This document shows positions 19,912-29,043 of a stretch of 64,000 nt of DNA, in pieces. The translations under genes and the position numbers were made by a program. The DNA is taken from IMG/VR virus record IMGVR_UViG_3300045970_000794, positions 186,001 to 250,000 of that record; one strand, 5' to 3'. The first letter of the stretch is position 1. Each line of letters starts with the position of its first letter. A model generated the notes under the pieces. It was not told where the DNA came from. It saw nothing but the letters and a program-made list of their open reading frames with translations, and made no database searches.

Positions 19912-21843
19912 TTAAAATGTTTCTAAATTAGTTCTTCTCCACCCATTATTTGTTTTGATATACATATAATTATCATCCCAACGGATTTCACCAACTTCAC
20001 CACTAGAATCATTTGAAGATTGTGGTGTATATTTTGGTAATATTAATTTTTCTGGGATAATGCTAGGTGATACAATGAAATTACCATTATTATCAATTAA
20101 TAATAATGAATTAGTATTTTCGTCAACACCTTTAAGTATTACAATACCACCGTTAATTGCTGTATTATGTGTTCCATTGTAATTTAATTCGATATTATTA
20201 TCTTCAGCAACAATTCTTTCAGTATTGAAGATTTGTGTATCACCAGATACTAATTCTTTAACTGCCTCCACTAATAATGGTACAATTTCATTATAATTAA
20301 GTGATAACATATCATCACTTTTAGCTCTATTTCTAACAATATCTGGTATAATACTTTGTACTTCTTGTGCTATGAAACCATATCGAATACCGCCACCCAT
20401 ATTAGATTCTGTTGTATATTCAAATGACACACCTCTAAGATTTTTTATTTTATCTAAAGAATTTTCTAGTTTAACAATATTTTGTTTAAGTCTAGCATCT
20501 GAAACACCAGCAACAATTTTTCCACTAGCATCAGTAGCAATTGGGTCTGTAGTTGTTAAACCATCGATGACTAAATCTGGTACATAAACCATATTACTTG
20601 TAATTGCGGTAATATTAGTACCACCAATTATTACTGAATTAGTACAACCAGTACCAATTCGATTACTATCACCACCTAATATTGATGATGAAGAAGAACC
20701 AGTATTAATATTATGATTAGTACCACCTAAAATTGTTGAATAATCAGAATATACTCCGATATTAGGTGTAGTTACATATGAATGATTAAATGATGTTTTA
20801 TTATTTGCAATTACATATGACCCAACACTAGCTAATCCCCCAACATGTGCACACCAACCACCAGCCAATGTATATTCACCTTGTGAGTGACTTGATGCGC
20901 CACTTGCTATTGTATTATTACCTTCAGCATGACTATATTGACCTATCGCAAGTGTACTTGAACCTTGAGCATGACTTAATAGTCCACTGGCTATTGTATT
21001 ATCACCTTCAGCATGTGCCCCAATACCACTGGCTGTTGTATACCTACCTTCAGCATGACTATATCTACCAATAGAAGTTGTACCACTACCTTCAGCATGA
21101 CTAAAATTTCCTTTTGCTTCAGTTAATCGACCTTCAACTAATGAATAATTACCACTAGCATTACCATCACTATAATTCATAACAACAGCATTTGTACCAC
21201 TACCCGCCGACCAAAATGATGAACCAGATGATGAACCAGATGCTGGTTGAAATTCAACCATACCTTCACTGTTTGTACAAGTTAAAACATACCCAACTAC
21301 TGGGTTATTTGATATGATAAATTTTTCAGTTCTTAAAATACCTTTAACATCAGCCCATAGTGTTCTACCTGTAAAATCTAACGTTCCAGCTGATAAGGTT
21401 TGTGTATTATTAGTATAACCAGTTCCACTAAATATTGGTCCCGCACCAGAGAATACATCAGTAATAGTTAATCCATAACTAACACCTGTATATGATAATG
21501 CAACTAAATTTCCATCAATTGTTGTTGTTGAATCAGCTGTAAATGCACTAACACTTTGCACTTCACCACTAGTAATATCGGTAATAGCACTAAAACTAGA
21601 GCTACCTAAATTCAATATTGGGTTGGTAAATGTAAATACGGTTGCACTAGGGTTACCAGAAAATGAAAAATATACGTCAGCTAATGTTAAAGTCACACCA
21701 GAAGTTGATGGGTCTGGACCAGAAGTTATTGCACTAAACGTAACTCCATGCACTGTAGTACCTGATAAATCAGTACTTGTGTTAATATATTGACGTATCT
21801 GTCTATTATCTGAATAATCAATTTTTGTTATAAATCCACTCAT
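19912..21843 (-). CDS. Tail fibre/spike with SHAEG repeats and intramolecular chaperone (peptidase S74) domain
   Basis: SDARLKQNI..LDKIKNLRGVSF..GFIAQEV..LNYNEIVPLLVEAVKEL; ATG 21843 follows the ATATTTAT motif. Confidence 0.8.
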   Translation of the reverse strand: MSGFITKIDYSDNRQIRQYINTSTDLSGTTVHGVTFSAITSGPDPSTSGVTLTLADVYFSFSGNPSATVFTFTNPILNLGSSSFSAITDITSGEVQSVSAFTADSTTTIDGNLVALSYTGVSYGLTITDVFSGAGPIFSGTGYTNNTQTLSAGTLDFTGRTLWADVKGILRTEKFIISNNPVVGYVLTCTNSEGMVEFQPASGSSSGSSFWSAGSGTNAVVMNYSDGNASGNYSLVEGRLTEAKGNFSHAEGSGTTSIGRYSHAEGRYTTASGIGAHAEGDNTIASGLLSHAQGSSTLAIGQYSHAEGNNTIASGASSHSQGEYTLAGGWCAHVGGLASVGSYVIANNKTSFNHSYVTTPNIGVYSDYSTILGGTNHNINTGSSSSSILGGDSNRIGTGCTNSVIIGGTNITAITSNMVYVPDLVIDGLTTTDPIATDASGKIVAGVSDARLKQNIVKLENSLDKIKNLRGVSFEYTTESNMGGGIRYGFIAQEVQSIIPDIVRNRAKSDDMLSLNYNEIVPLLVEAVKELVSGDTQIFNTERIVAEDNNIELNYNGTHNTAINGGIVILKGVDENTNSLLLIDNNGNFIVSPSIIPEKLILPKYTPQSSNDSSGEVGEIRWDDNYMYIKTNNGWRRTNLETF

Positions 21844-21902
21844 AATATATTTATTAATAAATATTCTCAATTCAAGGTATATTTATAGAGAAATGAATTA
21901 TT

Positions 21903-22532
21903 ATGGCAATAATTAAGAAAAAAGACTTATATGACGTTAAACTGGATGAACTAATTGATTTGGATGGTTCACCAATTGAAGGTGATGAAAGATATGATAC
22001 TACTAGTCAAATAAATGTTGGTGTTGATAAAGCTGGTTCTGGAGTACCAGAACTTACTACCGATAAATTTGCTAAATCATCAAGGCAAGGTAATAGATAT
22101 TATTATGGTCCACAAGGTATTAGTGGTTCAGCTGGTGCTGTACATAAAACCGTTGGCGATTTACCAGACCCACGTGGTATAGGTTTAGATTTTGAGGGTA
22201 GTGAAAAAGAATTAGATGAATCTATTAATAAATTAGCCGAGGAAAAGATGATAAAAATGGTTGAAGATATAATCTCAACTAGGTCAGTTGGTAATGATAT
22301 GGTTAAAAAAACTAATAGACCAGATGTTGATAGAAATAATATTCCAGATATTGACGAATTGAGAAAATCAAAACCTGTTACAACTAATTCAACTATTGAA
22401 TTTGTTAATGAGTTTAAAAATGAGCCATTACAAGGTGATGAAGCTGCTATTATATTAAATTATATTATGAGTAATTTAGATTTATCAACAGTTTCACCAG
22501 ATTATAAAAGAATTTTAAGAAGTAAATTATAA
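21903..22532 (+). CDS. Hypothetical protein, possibly head-associated
   Basis: 209-aa ORF after ATATTTAT at 21879. Confidence 0.6.
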   Translation: MAIIKKKDLYDVKLDELIDLDGSPIEGDERYDTTSQINVGVDKAGSGVPELTTDKFAKSSRQGNRYYYGPQGISGSAGAVHKTVGDLPDPRGIGLDFEGSEKELDESINKLAEEKMIKMVEDIISTRSVGNDMVKKTNRPDVDRNNIPDIDELRKSKPVTTNSTIEFVNEFKNEPLQGDEAAIILNYIMSNLDLSTVSPDYKRILRSKL

Positions 22533-22538
22533 AATCAT

Positions 22539-23027
22539 ATGAATAGTGATTTAAAAGATAAAGTTTGGCAATGTCCCGATGAATTACTAGGTAAATTAAA
22601 ATCTAATTTAGCTAATTTTGGTGGGAAAGAAGGTAGTCGTGGTGTTCAAAGGATTAAAGATATTATTGATTATCCAAAAGTATCTTATTCTCAAATGAAA
22701 CGATTGAAAAATTACTTTGATACATATGAAGGTGATGGTTCAGATAATGAATATAAGATGATTGGTGGTGATGAAATGAAAAATTGGGTTAATAATTCAT
22801 TAAAAACTTCACGTGATGCTATTTATAATGTAAAGAATACTAGAATGATGGCTGGTGAAGAAAATCAATTCATTGATACCCATGAAAAAGATAATAATTC
22901 AAACCCAACCGATGTTAGTATTCCTAAATTACATAAAATGAGTAAATCTAAATATATTATGCTCGATAGAGGATTTACTGAGCAAATAAGTCGAATCAAG
23001 CAATTGATTGAGCATATGAATAAATAA
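22539..23027 (+). CDS. Hypothetical phage protein
   Basis: 162-aa ORF in operon. Confidence 0.6.
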   Translation: MNSDLKDKVWQCPDELLGKLKSNLANFGGKEGSRGVQRIKDIIDYPKVSYSQMKRLKNYFDTYEGDGSDNEYKMIGGDEMKNWVNNSLKTSRDAIYNVKNTRMMAGEENQFIDTHEKDNNSNPTDVSIPKLHKMSKSKYIMLDRGFTEQISRIKQLIEHMNK

Positions 23028-23051
23028 CGAGTAAATTAAATACATTGTATT

Positions 23052-23390
23052 ATGTCAAATAAATTAGAACAAGCAGCAATTCAACAAAGAGCAATCTTAA
23101 TACCACAAAATGCGTATAATGATGCTGCACCAGCTAATGAGTATACTGCAACTCATACTAAAGCACTTGCTGATGCTACAACACCAGAAAAAGGTAGAGG
23201 TACAGGGTCTGTTGACCCTCAAACAGCTGCTGTTGATTATAATGGTGGTACTAATACTGATAAATTTGGTAATCCTAGTATCCCAGGTTCTGGTCGTGAA
23301 CCAGCATTTAGTATGAATCAATATAATCTAAATAATGGTTATAGTGCACCAGACACATCAGCTAACGTAGGTCAAGTAGTAATTGATTAA
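23052..23390 (+). CDS. Hypothetical protein, possibly structural
   Basis: 112-aa Ala/Gly/Asn-rich ORF in operon. Confidence 0.6.
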   Translation: MSNKLEQAAIQQRAILIPQNAYNDAAPANEYTATHTKALADATTPEKGRGTGSVDPQTAAVDYNGGTNTDKFGNPSIPGSGREPAFSMNQYNLNNGYSAPDTSANVGQVVID

Positions 23391-23398
23391 TTAGAAAA

Positions 23399-24067
23399 GT
23401 GGAACTGAAACTTTACAATATTTACGAAAGTCTTATATTAGAATCGGTAGGTAGAAATCAAATCATGGATTCAATACATCTTCCTTATAGGGTTAAGATT
23501 TATTATCAAGGTGAAGATGAAAACCATCCGAGCTGGCGTTCTATTGACCCATATGTTTTAGGTATGTCAACAGCTGGTAATGAAATATTAAGAGCATATC
23601 AAGCTTTTGGTTTCACAACTAGTAATGGTGCATCTTGGAAAACATTTAGAGTTGATAGAATATTAAGATGGGAGCCAACTAATTTTAAAATTGGTAATAA
23701 ACCAATAAATGAATATGACCCTACTATTCCAGCGTATAAAAATGATGGTAGTGACCAAAAAATGGTTAATATTAGTGCATGGAGAAAATTTGGTGACCAA
23801 GTAAAAGATATTGAAACACAAAAACAAGTTAATGCATTCAATGATACTAAAGGTAATGTCACACCAACTAAAGAACCTATAACTCCAGCTAAACCAATAG
23901 CTCAACCAACAACTGAACCTAAAATTCAGCCAAAAGTTGAACCAAAAGCTCAAATTAATAAAAAAATTGAGCCAGAAATAAATAAAGAACCGTTGCCAAT
24001 TAAAAAGCAACCAAATATAACAGCTGAACCAGATGAAGAAGCTGACATTGATAAAAAAATTGAATAA
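23399..24067 (+). CDS. WYL-domain protein with Pro/Glu/Lys-rich tail
   Basis: IYY..RSIDPYVLG..ILRAYQ..WKTFRVDRI matches the WYL pattern; no HTH domain. Confidence 0.7.
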   Translation: MELKLYNIYESLILESVGRNQIMDSIHLPYRVKIYYQGEDENHPSWRSIDPYVLGMSTAGNEILRAYQAFGFTTSNGASWKTFRVDRILRWEPTNFKIGNKPINEYDPTIPAYKNDGSDQKMVNISAWRKFGDQVKDIETQKQVNAFNDTKGNVTPTKEPITPAKPIAQPTTEPKIQPKVEPKAQINKKIEPEINKEPLPIKKQPNITAEPDEEADIDKKIE

Positions 24068-24636
24068 TGGATATGCCTCCACAAGTACCAATGGATTTCC
24101 TTAGGAAATTATCAGGTGCTAAAAAATTAATGGATAAAGTAGAATCGGGTGATTATGAAACTGGTCACGTTGACGCTAGAGCATTAACTGAAGATGGTGT
24201 TCAAGGTATGATGGCCGAAGGCGTTGCACCAAGAAGAATGCAACAAACACAAACGCCTACTGTTAATGAAATTACACCAGAAAGAATTGCGGCATCTAAA
24301 ATGCCAGACGCAATTAAAAAAGCTATGCTTGAAAACCCAATCCCACAAGTTACAATGGGACATACATTCACATTAGAAGATGTGGCTCAATTCGCTAAAG
24401 ATGAGAAACCATTACCACTTCCAAAAGCAAATGCATTTAAAAAACCTAATCAGATGGTTAGTGAACAATCAATACATAATATGGTTGGATTGACTGAAGC
24501 TGAAGTTAGAGTAATTGTTAAAGATGAAATGATTGAGTTTTTAACTAAATACTTTACAAAATCGCTTACTGAAGATGTACAAAATAAGGTAATTAAACAA
24601 TTACTAGAAGCTGGGAAAATTAGAGTTAAGAAATAG
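24067..24636 (+). CDS. Hypothetical protein
   Basis: 189-aa ORF coupled to the previous gene. Confidence 0.6.
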   Translation: MDMPPQVPMDFLRKLSGAKKLMDKVESGDYETGHVDARALTEDGVQGMMAEGVAPRRMQQTQTPTVNEITPERIAASKMPDAIKKAMLENPIPQVTMGHTFTLEDVAQFAKDEKPLPLPKANAFKKPNQMVSEQSIHNMVGLTEAEVRVIVKDEMIEFLTKYFTKSLTEDVQNKVIKQLLEAGKIRVKK

Positions 24637-24642
24637 TAAGGT

Positions 24643-24670
24643 AAGCCCACAAAAAAGTGGGTTTATTTAT
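24643..24670 (+). terminator. Intrinsic terminator
   Basis: AGCCCAC-aaaaaa-GTGGGTT followed by T-rich tract. Confidence 0.65.
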
Positions 24671-24716
24671 TTACTAAATTAATTCAATCGTTATATTTTT
24701 AAAAAATAGTTTACAT

Positions 24717-25946
24717 ATGAAAGAAAAAATTAAAGTTTTAGTACATCCTAGCGATAGGACAGGAGTTGGTTATTTCCGTTCAACAAGACCACATATTGCA
24801 TTAGAAGACATGTATCCAGATGATTTTCATGTTGATATTGATTATGACCCTAGATATGATGACGAAGAATTCTTAAAACAATATGATATAATTCATTATC
24901 ATAGAACATTTGGTCCATATGAACAAATGAGTGCTACAACCGAAACACTTAAAAGATTGGGAATTAAAGGTATTATGGATTTGGATGATTATTGGTCACC
25001 AGGTACTCACCACCCAGCTTATTTAATTATTAAACAAAATGGCTTAGATAAGAAATTAGTTGAAAATATTAAAGTAGCTGAATATGTGATGACAACAACC
25101 CCAATTTTTGCTAAAGAAATGAATAAATTTAATAAAAACACTTTAGTTATTCCTAATGCAATTGACCCATCCGAAAAACAATTTATTCATAACCCAGAAC
25201 CAAGTGAAAGAATTCGAATTGGTTGGTTAGGTGGTAGTAGTCACCTTAAAGATTTAGAAATACTTAAAGGTGTTGTTAGTCGATTGAAAAGTGAAGGTTT
25301 AATCGATAAGGTTCAATTTGTTTTATGTGGATTCGACACTAGAGGTACTATTACTTCAATTAATGAAGAAACAAAAGAACAATCAACTAGAAAAATTCTT
25401 CCTCATGAAAGTGTTTGGACTAAATATGAAGAAATATTCACAGATAACTATAGCACAATCAGCCCAGAATATAAAGCATTTTTATTGAAGTTTAGTAAAG
25501 ATGAATGGCCAGATGTTGCTAATGAAGCGTATAGACGTGTTTGGACGAAACCAATTAATACATATGCAAGTAATTACAATTTATTTGATATTAGTTTAGC
25601 TCCATTGGAAGAAAACATTTTCAATAAAGTTAAGAGTCAACTTAAAGTAATTGAAGCTGGTTTCCATAAAAAAGCTTTAATCGCTCAAAATTATGGACCA
25701 TATCAAGTTGATTGTATCGAAGCTTACGAACGTGGTGGTACTATTAACCCAAAAGGTAATGCATTTTTAATTGATTCAGTAAAAAACCATAAAGATTGGT
25801 TTGAACAATTAAAACGATTAATAAAAAACCCACAGCTAATTAATCAATTAGCAAATAATTTATATGATACAGTTAAAGATACATACTCATTAGAGTCTGT
25901 TACAAAACTAAGAGCTGAAACGTATAAAAAATTATTAGATAGATAA
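24717..25946 (+). CDS. GT-B glycosyltransferase
   Basis: GVGYFRS..P, MDLDD, RIGWLGGSSH..DL, DISLAPLEEN.FNKVKSQLKVIEAG. Confidence 0.8.
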   Translation: MKEKIKVLVHPSDRTGVGYFRSTRPHIALEDMYPDDFHVDIDYDPRYDDEEFLKQYDIIHYHRTFGPYEQMSATTETLKRLGIKGIMDLDDYWSPGTHHPAYLIIKQNGLDKKLVENIKVAEYVMTTTPIFAKEMNKFNKNTLVIPNAIDPSEKQFIHNPEPSERIRIGWLGGSSHLKDLEILKGVVSRLKSEGLIDKVQFVLCGFDTRGTITSINEETKEQSTRKILPHESVWTKYEEIFTDNYSTISPEYKAFLLKFSKDEWPDVANEAYRRVWTKPINTYASNYNLFDISLAPLEENIFNKVKSQLKVIEAGFHKKALIAQNYGPYQVDCIEAYERGGTINPKGNAFLIDSVKNHKDWFEQLKRLIKNPQLINQLANNLYDTVKDTYSLESVTKLRAETYKKLLDR

Positions 25947-25947
25947 T

Positions 25948-26519
25948 ATGAAATTATTTAAAAAAAGTAAAAAAGAAACAATTAAAATTAATGTTAATAA
26001 AATTAAGTTAATTAATAAAAAAATTGAGCAAATGGGAAAACCAAAGTAGTCGCTCAAGTTAAGCCAAATATTTTTAAAAGAATTTATGGTGAAATTAAAA
26101 ACATTTTTAAACGTAAATTTGTAAAAGTTCCAGTAACTAAATTTAAAATTGATACTAAGTTAGTTAAACCTTTTGGACATGAAGCACTAGCTAGTGAAAG
26201 GATTAATGAATTAATCCAATGGGCACCACCACAAACAATGACTTATGATGAGGATTTGTATAATGAAGAATTGATGAAATCAGCTTATGAGAATTCTTGT
26301 GGTAAAGGGTCACCAAGATTTGTTGATTTTGTTGATATTGATGAACATAATTGGTTGAATAAGAATAATACTGATGAAAGTAAATCAATACAAAATTTAA
26401 TTAGTCAAGATATTAAAGAAACTAATATGGAACTCGCTTTACAAAATAAAAAATTGAATCGTAAACCACCATTATTAATTCATAAAAAAACACAGGTTAA
26501 AAATCAAATATTTGAATAA
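25948..26519 (+). other. Two-frame ORF joined by a -1 shift at G GGA AAA (programmed frameshift, pseudogene or indel error)
   Basis: Frame 0 runs ATG 25948 to TAG 26049; the -1 frame is open from 26040 into ORF 26238..26519. Confidence 0.45.
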
Positions 26520-26533
26520 AAGATTAAAATATC

Positions 26534-26564
26534 TTGACACTTGGTAATTTTTTGAGTATCTTTG
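26534..26564 (+). promoter_or_regulatory. Bacteroidota-type promoter
   Basis: TTG at 26534 and TATCTTTG at 26557-26564, upstream of 26593. Confidence 0.65.
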
Positions 26565-26592
26565 GTTAAAATATTAATTAACTCAAAAAAAT

Positions 26593-27159
26593 ATGAATCT
26601 ATCACAAGAAAAAATAACCAAAAACGCCAAAAAGTTCTTCCAAACTGGTCAAGAATATGGCTTTATGCCTGAAAGTCTAGTGACTTTCTTAGGTACTGAA
26701 ATAATAGCAGCACCAGCTTCTACTAGAAAAGATATGCATAATGCATTCGAAGGTGGTTTAATTGACCACACTCTTAAAGTTACTAGTTATGCTGTTAAAT
26801 TAAATGATATTTTACCAGAAGCTAAAAAAATTGATAAAGCATCATTAGTTAAAGTTTGTTGCCTTCACCAAATAGGTAAAGCTAAATTATACAAAATATG
26901 CGAGTCTCAATGGCATAGAGATAACCAAGGTAAAATGTATGATTTTAATGATGACATGATATCAATGAAAGTTGGTGAAAGGTCTGCATTATATGCATTA
27001 CAACATGGTGTTGAATTAACCGAGGAAGAATTTTCCGCTATTGTGTTTCATGATAGAGATGAAAGTGACGCTCAAGTTAAATGGCATAATTCAATGTTAG
27101 GTGAAATATTGAAAATGGCTAATATATTGGCAATTAGAGAAGAAAAAATAATGCAGTAG
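26593..27159 (+). CDS. HD-superfamily protein (YhaM-like) with HQ in place of HD
   Basis: APAS..HNAFEGGLIDHTL..LHQIGK..AIVFHD. Confidence 0.7.
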   Translation: MNLSQEKITKNAKKFFQTGQEYGFMPESLVTFLGTEIIAAPASTRKDMHNAFEGGLIDHTLKVTSYAVKLNDILPEAKKIDKASLVKVCCLHQIGKAKLYKICESQWHRDNQGKMYDFNDDMISMKVGERSALYALQHGVELTEEEFSAIVFHDRDESDAQVKWHNSMLGEILKMANILAIREEKIMQ

Positions 27160-27197
27160 ACTTTAGTTTTTTCCAAAAAATCATATATTTATAATAT

Positions 27198-28130
27198 ATG
27201 GGTCGAAAGAAAAAATACGATGAAATTGAAAAAATAGACCAACAACGAAAATGGTCTAATAAATATTATAATAAAAAAAATAAATTTTATGTATATGTTT
27301 ATTTAGACCCACGAAAAGTTGGTCCATTTTATTATGGTGAATATATGTTTAATTATGAACCAATATATATTGGTAAAGGTAAGGGATATAGATATAAGAT
27401 TCACTTAAAAATGGCTGAAAATAATATAGATGATAAAACTTTTAAATTTTATAAAATTAAATCAATATTAAATGATGGGCTCACCCCTATTGTTTTTAAA
27501 TTAATTGAAAATATTACTGAAAATAGAGCTCTAGAATATGAGAAACAACTAATTAAACTTATAGGTCGTTATGATAATAATAGTGGACCATTGACAAACT
27601 TAACTGATGGTGGTGACGGTATTTCTGGTTATAAACAAAAAGAAAATTATTTAATAACTAGACGTAGAAAAATTAATCAATTTGATTTAGATGGTAAATT
27701 AGTGAAAACTTGGAATTCAATAATAGATGCTAAAACTAGTTTAAATATTAAGGCACCAATATCAGATTCATGTAAAGGTAAACGATTAATTATTGGTGGT
27801 TATATTTGGAAATATTTTGATGAAAATTATAATTCTCAAGATATTTTAAACTTAATTCAAAATCAAATTGAAAAAGAATTCACCATTAGGCAAATTAATG
27901 GTAAAAAAAATAGTCAGTTAATATTTGAAATTAATTTAAATGGTGAAATTATTAAAGAATGGGATTCAGCTAGTAGTGCTGCTAGATTTTATGGGGTTAA
28001 TAAAACTGCAATATGTAATGCTATAACAAAAAAAAGGTTATGTAATAATAAAATTTGGTGTAAAAAAGAAAAATATAGTATAAGTGAAATTTCAACAATT
28101 GTTGAAAAATATAAATTAAAAAAAAAATAA
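27198..28130 (+). CDS. GIY-YIG homing endonuclease with NUMOD1-like repeats
   Basis: YVYVYLDPR..PIYIGKG..RY..H..E..LTNLTDGGDG; INQFDLDGKLVKTWNS and FEINLNGEIIKEWDS. Confidence 0.8.
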   Translation: MGRKKKYDEIEKIDQQRKWSNKYYNKKNKFYVYVYLDPRKVGPFYYGEYMFNYEPIYIGKGKGYRYKIHLKMAENNIDDKTFKFYKIKSILNDGLTPIVFKLIENITENRALEYEKQLIKLIGRYDNNSGPLTNLTDGGDGISGYKQKENYLITRRRKINQFDLDGKLVKTWNSIIDAKTSLNIKAPISDSCKGKRLIIGGYIWKYFDENYNSQDILNLIQNQIEKEFTIRQINGKKNSQLIFEINLNGEIIKEWDSASSAARFYGVNKTAICNAITKKRLCNNKIWCKKEKYSISEISTIVEKYKLKKK

Positions 28131-28133
28131 AAA

Positions 28134-28736
28134 ATGAGTAATGAAGCTGATGAATTAAGAAAGTTATTTCTTTCTAAAGTAATTGAAGACCCATCTATTT
28201 TGACTGATGATGAAAAATTTAATGAAGTCTTAAATACATTAGATTCTGAAAGTGAACCTTCGATTAAATTTAATAACAATTTTTGTAAACTAGTTCTCAA
28301 ATGTGAGAATAAATCTACTAATGATAATCCAGAGTACCAAAAAGAAGGTGATTCTGGATTTGATTTGCGAGCTAATTTAACTGAACCCGTATGGATAAAC
28401 CCATTAGAACGTAAGCTAATACCAACTGGTTTATTTTTCGAAATACCATTAGGTTTCGAAATCCAAGTTAGACCTCGTTCTGGTTTAGCACTTAAAAATG
28501 GTATCACAGTATTAAACACACCTGGTACCATAGATTCTGGATATCGTGGTGAAGTCTGCATTATTCTTGTTAATTTAAGCGATACACCATTCTGCGTTAA
28601 TCATGGTGAAAGAATTGCTCAAGGAGTATTTGCCGCTGTAATTGGTAAACAATTGGTTAACATCGAAATGATTGATAAAGTTTCACCAGATACTGACAGA
28701 GGTGCTGGTGGATTCGGACATACTGGTTTGAGTTAA
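28134..28736 (+). CDS. dut: Trimeric dUTPase
   Basis: SGFDL, RPRSGLA, GTIDSGYRGE, RIAQ, RGAGGFGHTG. Confidence 0.95.
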   Translation: MSNEADELRKLFLSKVIEDPSILTDDEKFNEVLNTLDSESEPSIKFNNNFCKLVLKCENKSTNDNPEYQKEGDSGFDLRANLTEPVWINPLERKLIPTGLFFEIPLGFEIQVRPRSGLALKNGITVLNTPGTIDSGYRGEVCIILVNLSDTPFCVNHGERIAQGVFAAVIGKQLVNIEMIDKVSPDTDRGAGGFGHTGLS

Positions 28737-28737
28737 T

Positions 28738-28971
28738 ATGAGTAAAGAATCAATAGAGTCAACCAAGATTGAAATATCGAATATAGAGGCTGAAATAGAG
28801 CGTCTGGCGAACTTAAATGAGAAAGTGGATGCTATGCTTGTTTTGAAGTTAAATCATCTTAAAACGAAGCTAAAATGGGATGAGAGTGGTTTGCTTGAAG
28901 GACTTAAAGGTAAACCTAATAAAAATTTAGCATCACTATTAGAATGCTTTAAATCATCAAAAATTAAATAA
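28738..28971 (+). CDS. Hypothetical protein
   Basis: 77-aa ORF followed by terminator. Confidence 0.5.
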   Translation: MSKESIESTKIEISNIEAEIERLANLNEKVDAMLVLKLNHLKTKLKWDESGLLEGLKGKPNKNLASLLECFKSSKIK

Positions 28972-28996
28972 AAGCGGTTAAATTCCGCTTTTTTTG
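28971..28996 (+). terminator. Intrinsic terminator
   Basis: aaaGCGG-ttaaatt-CCGCtttttttg. Confidence 0.7.
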
Positions 28997-29043
28997 TTTA
29001 CTTTGAAAAATATTTTTAATATATTTAACTAAAAATTAAATAT

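Noticed and set aside
9882-21100. 42-bp periodic ccttcagcatgact repeats as a CRISPR array
   Set aside because: They are in-frame coding repeats (SHAEG) with wobble variation inside long ORFs, and no cas genes are present.
27160-28133. Duplicated gene end around the GIY-YIG gene
   Set aside because: No convincing second copy of the HD 3' end or dUTPase 5' end was found; it looks like an ordinary co-oriented insertion.
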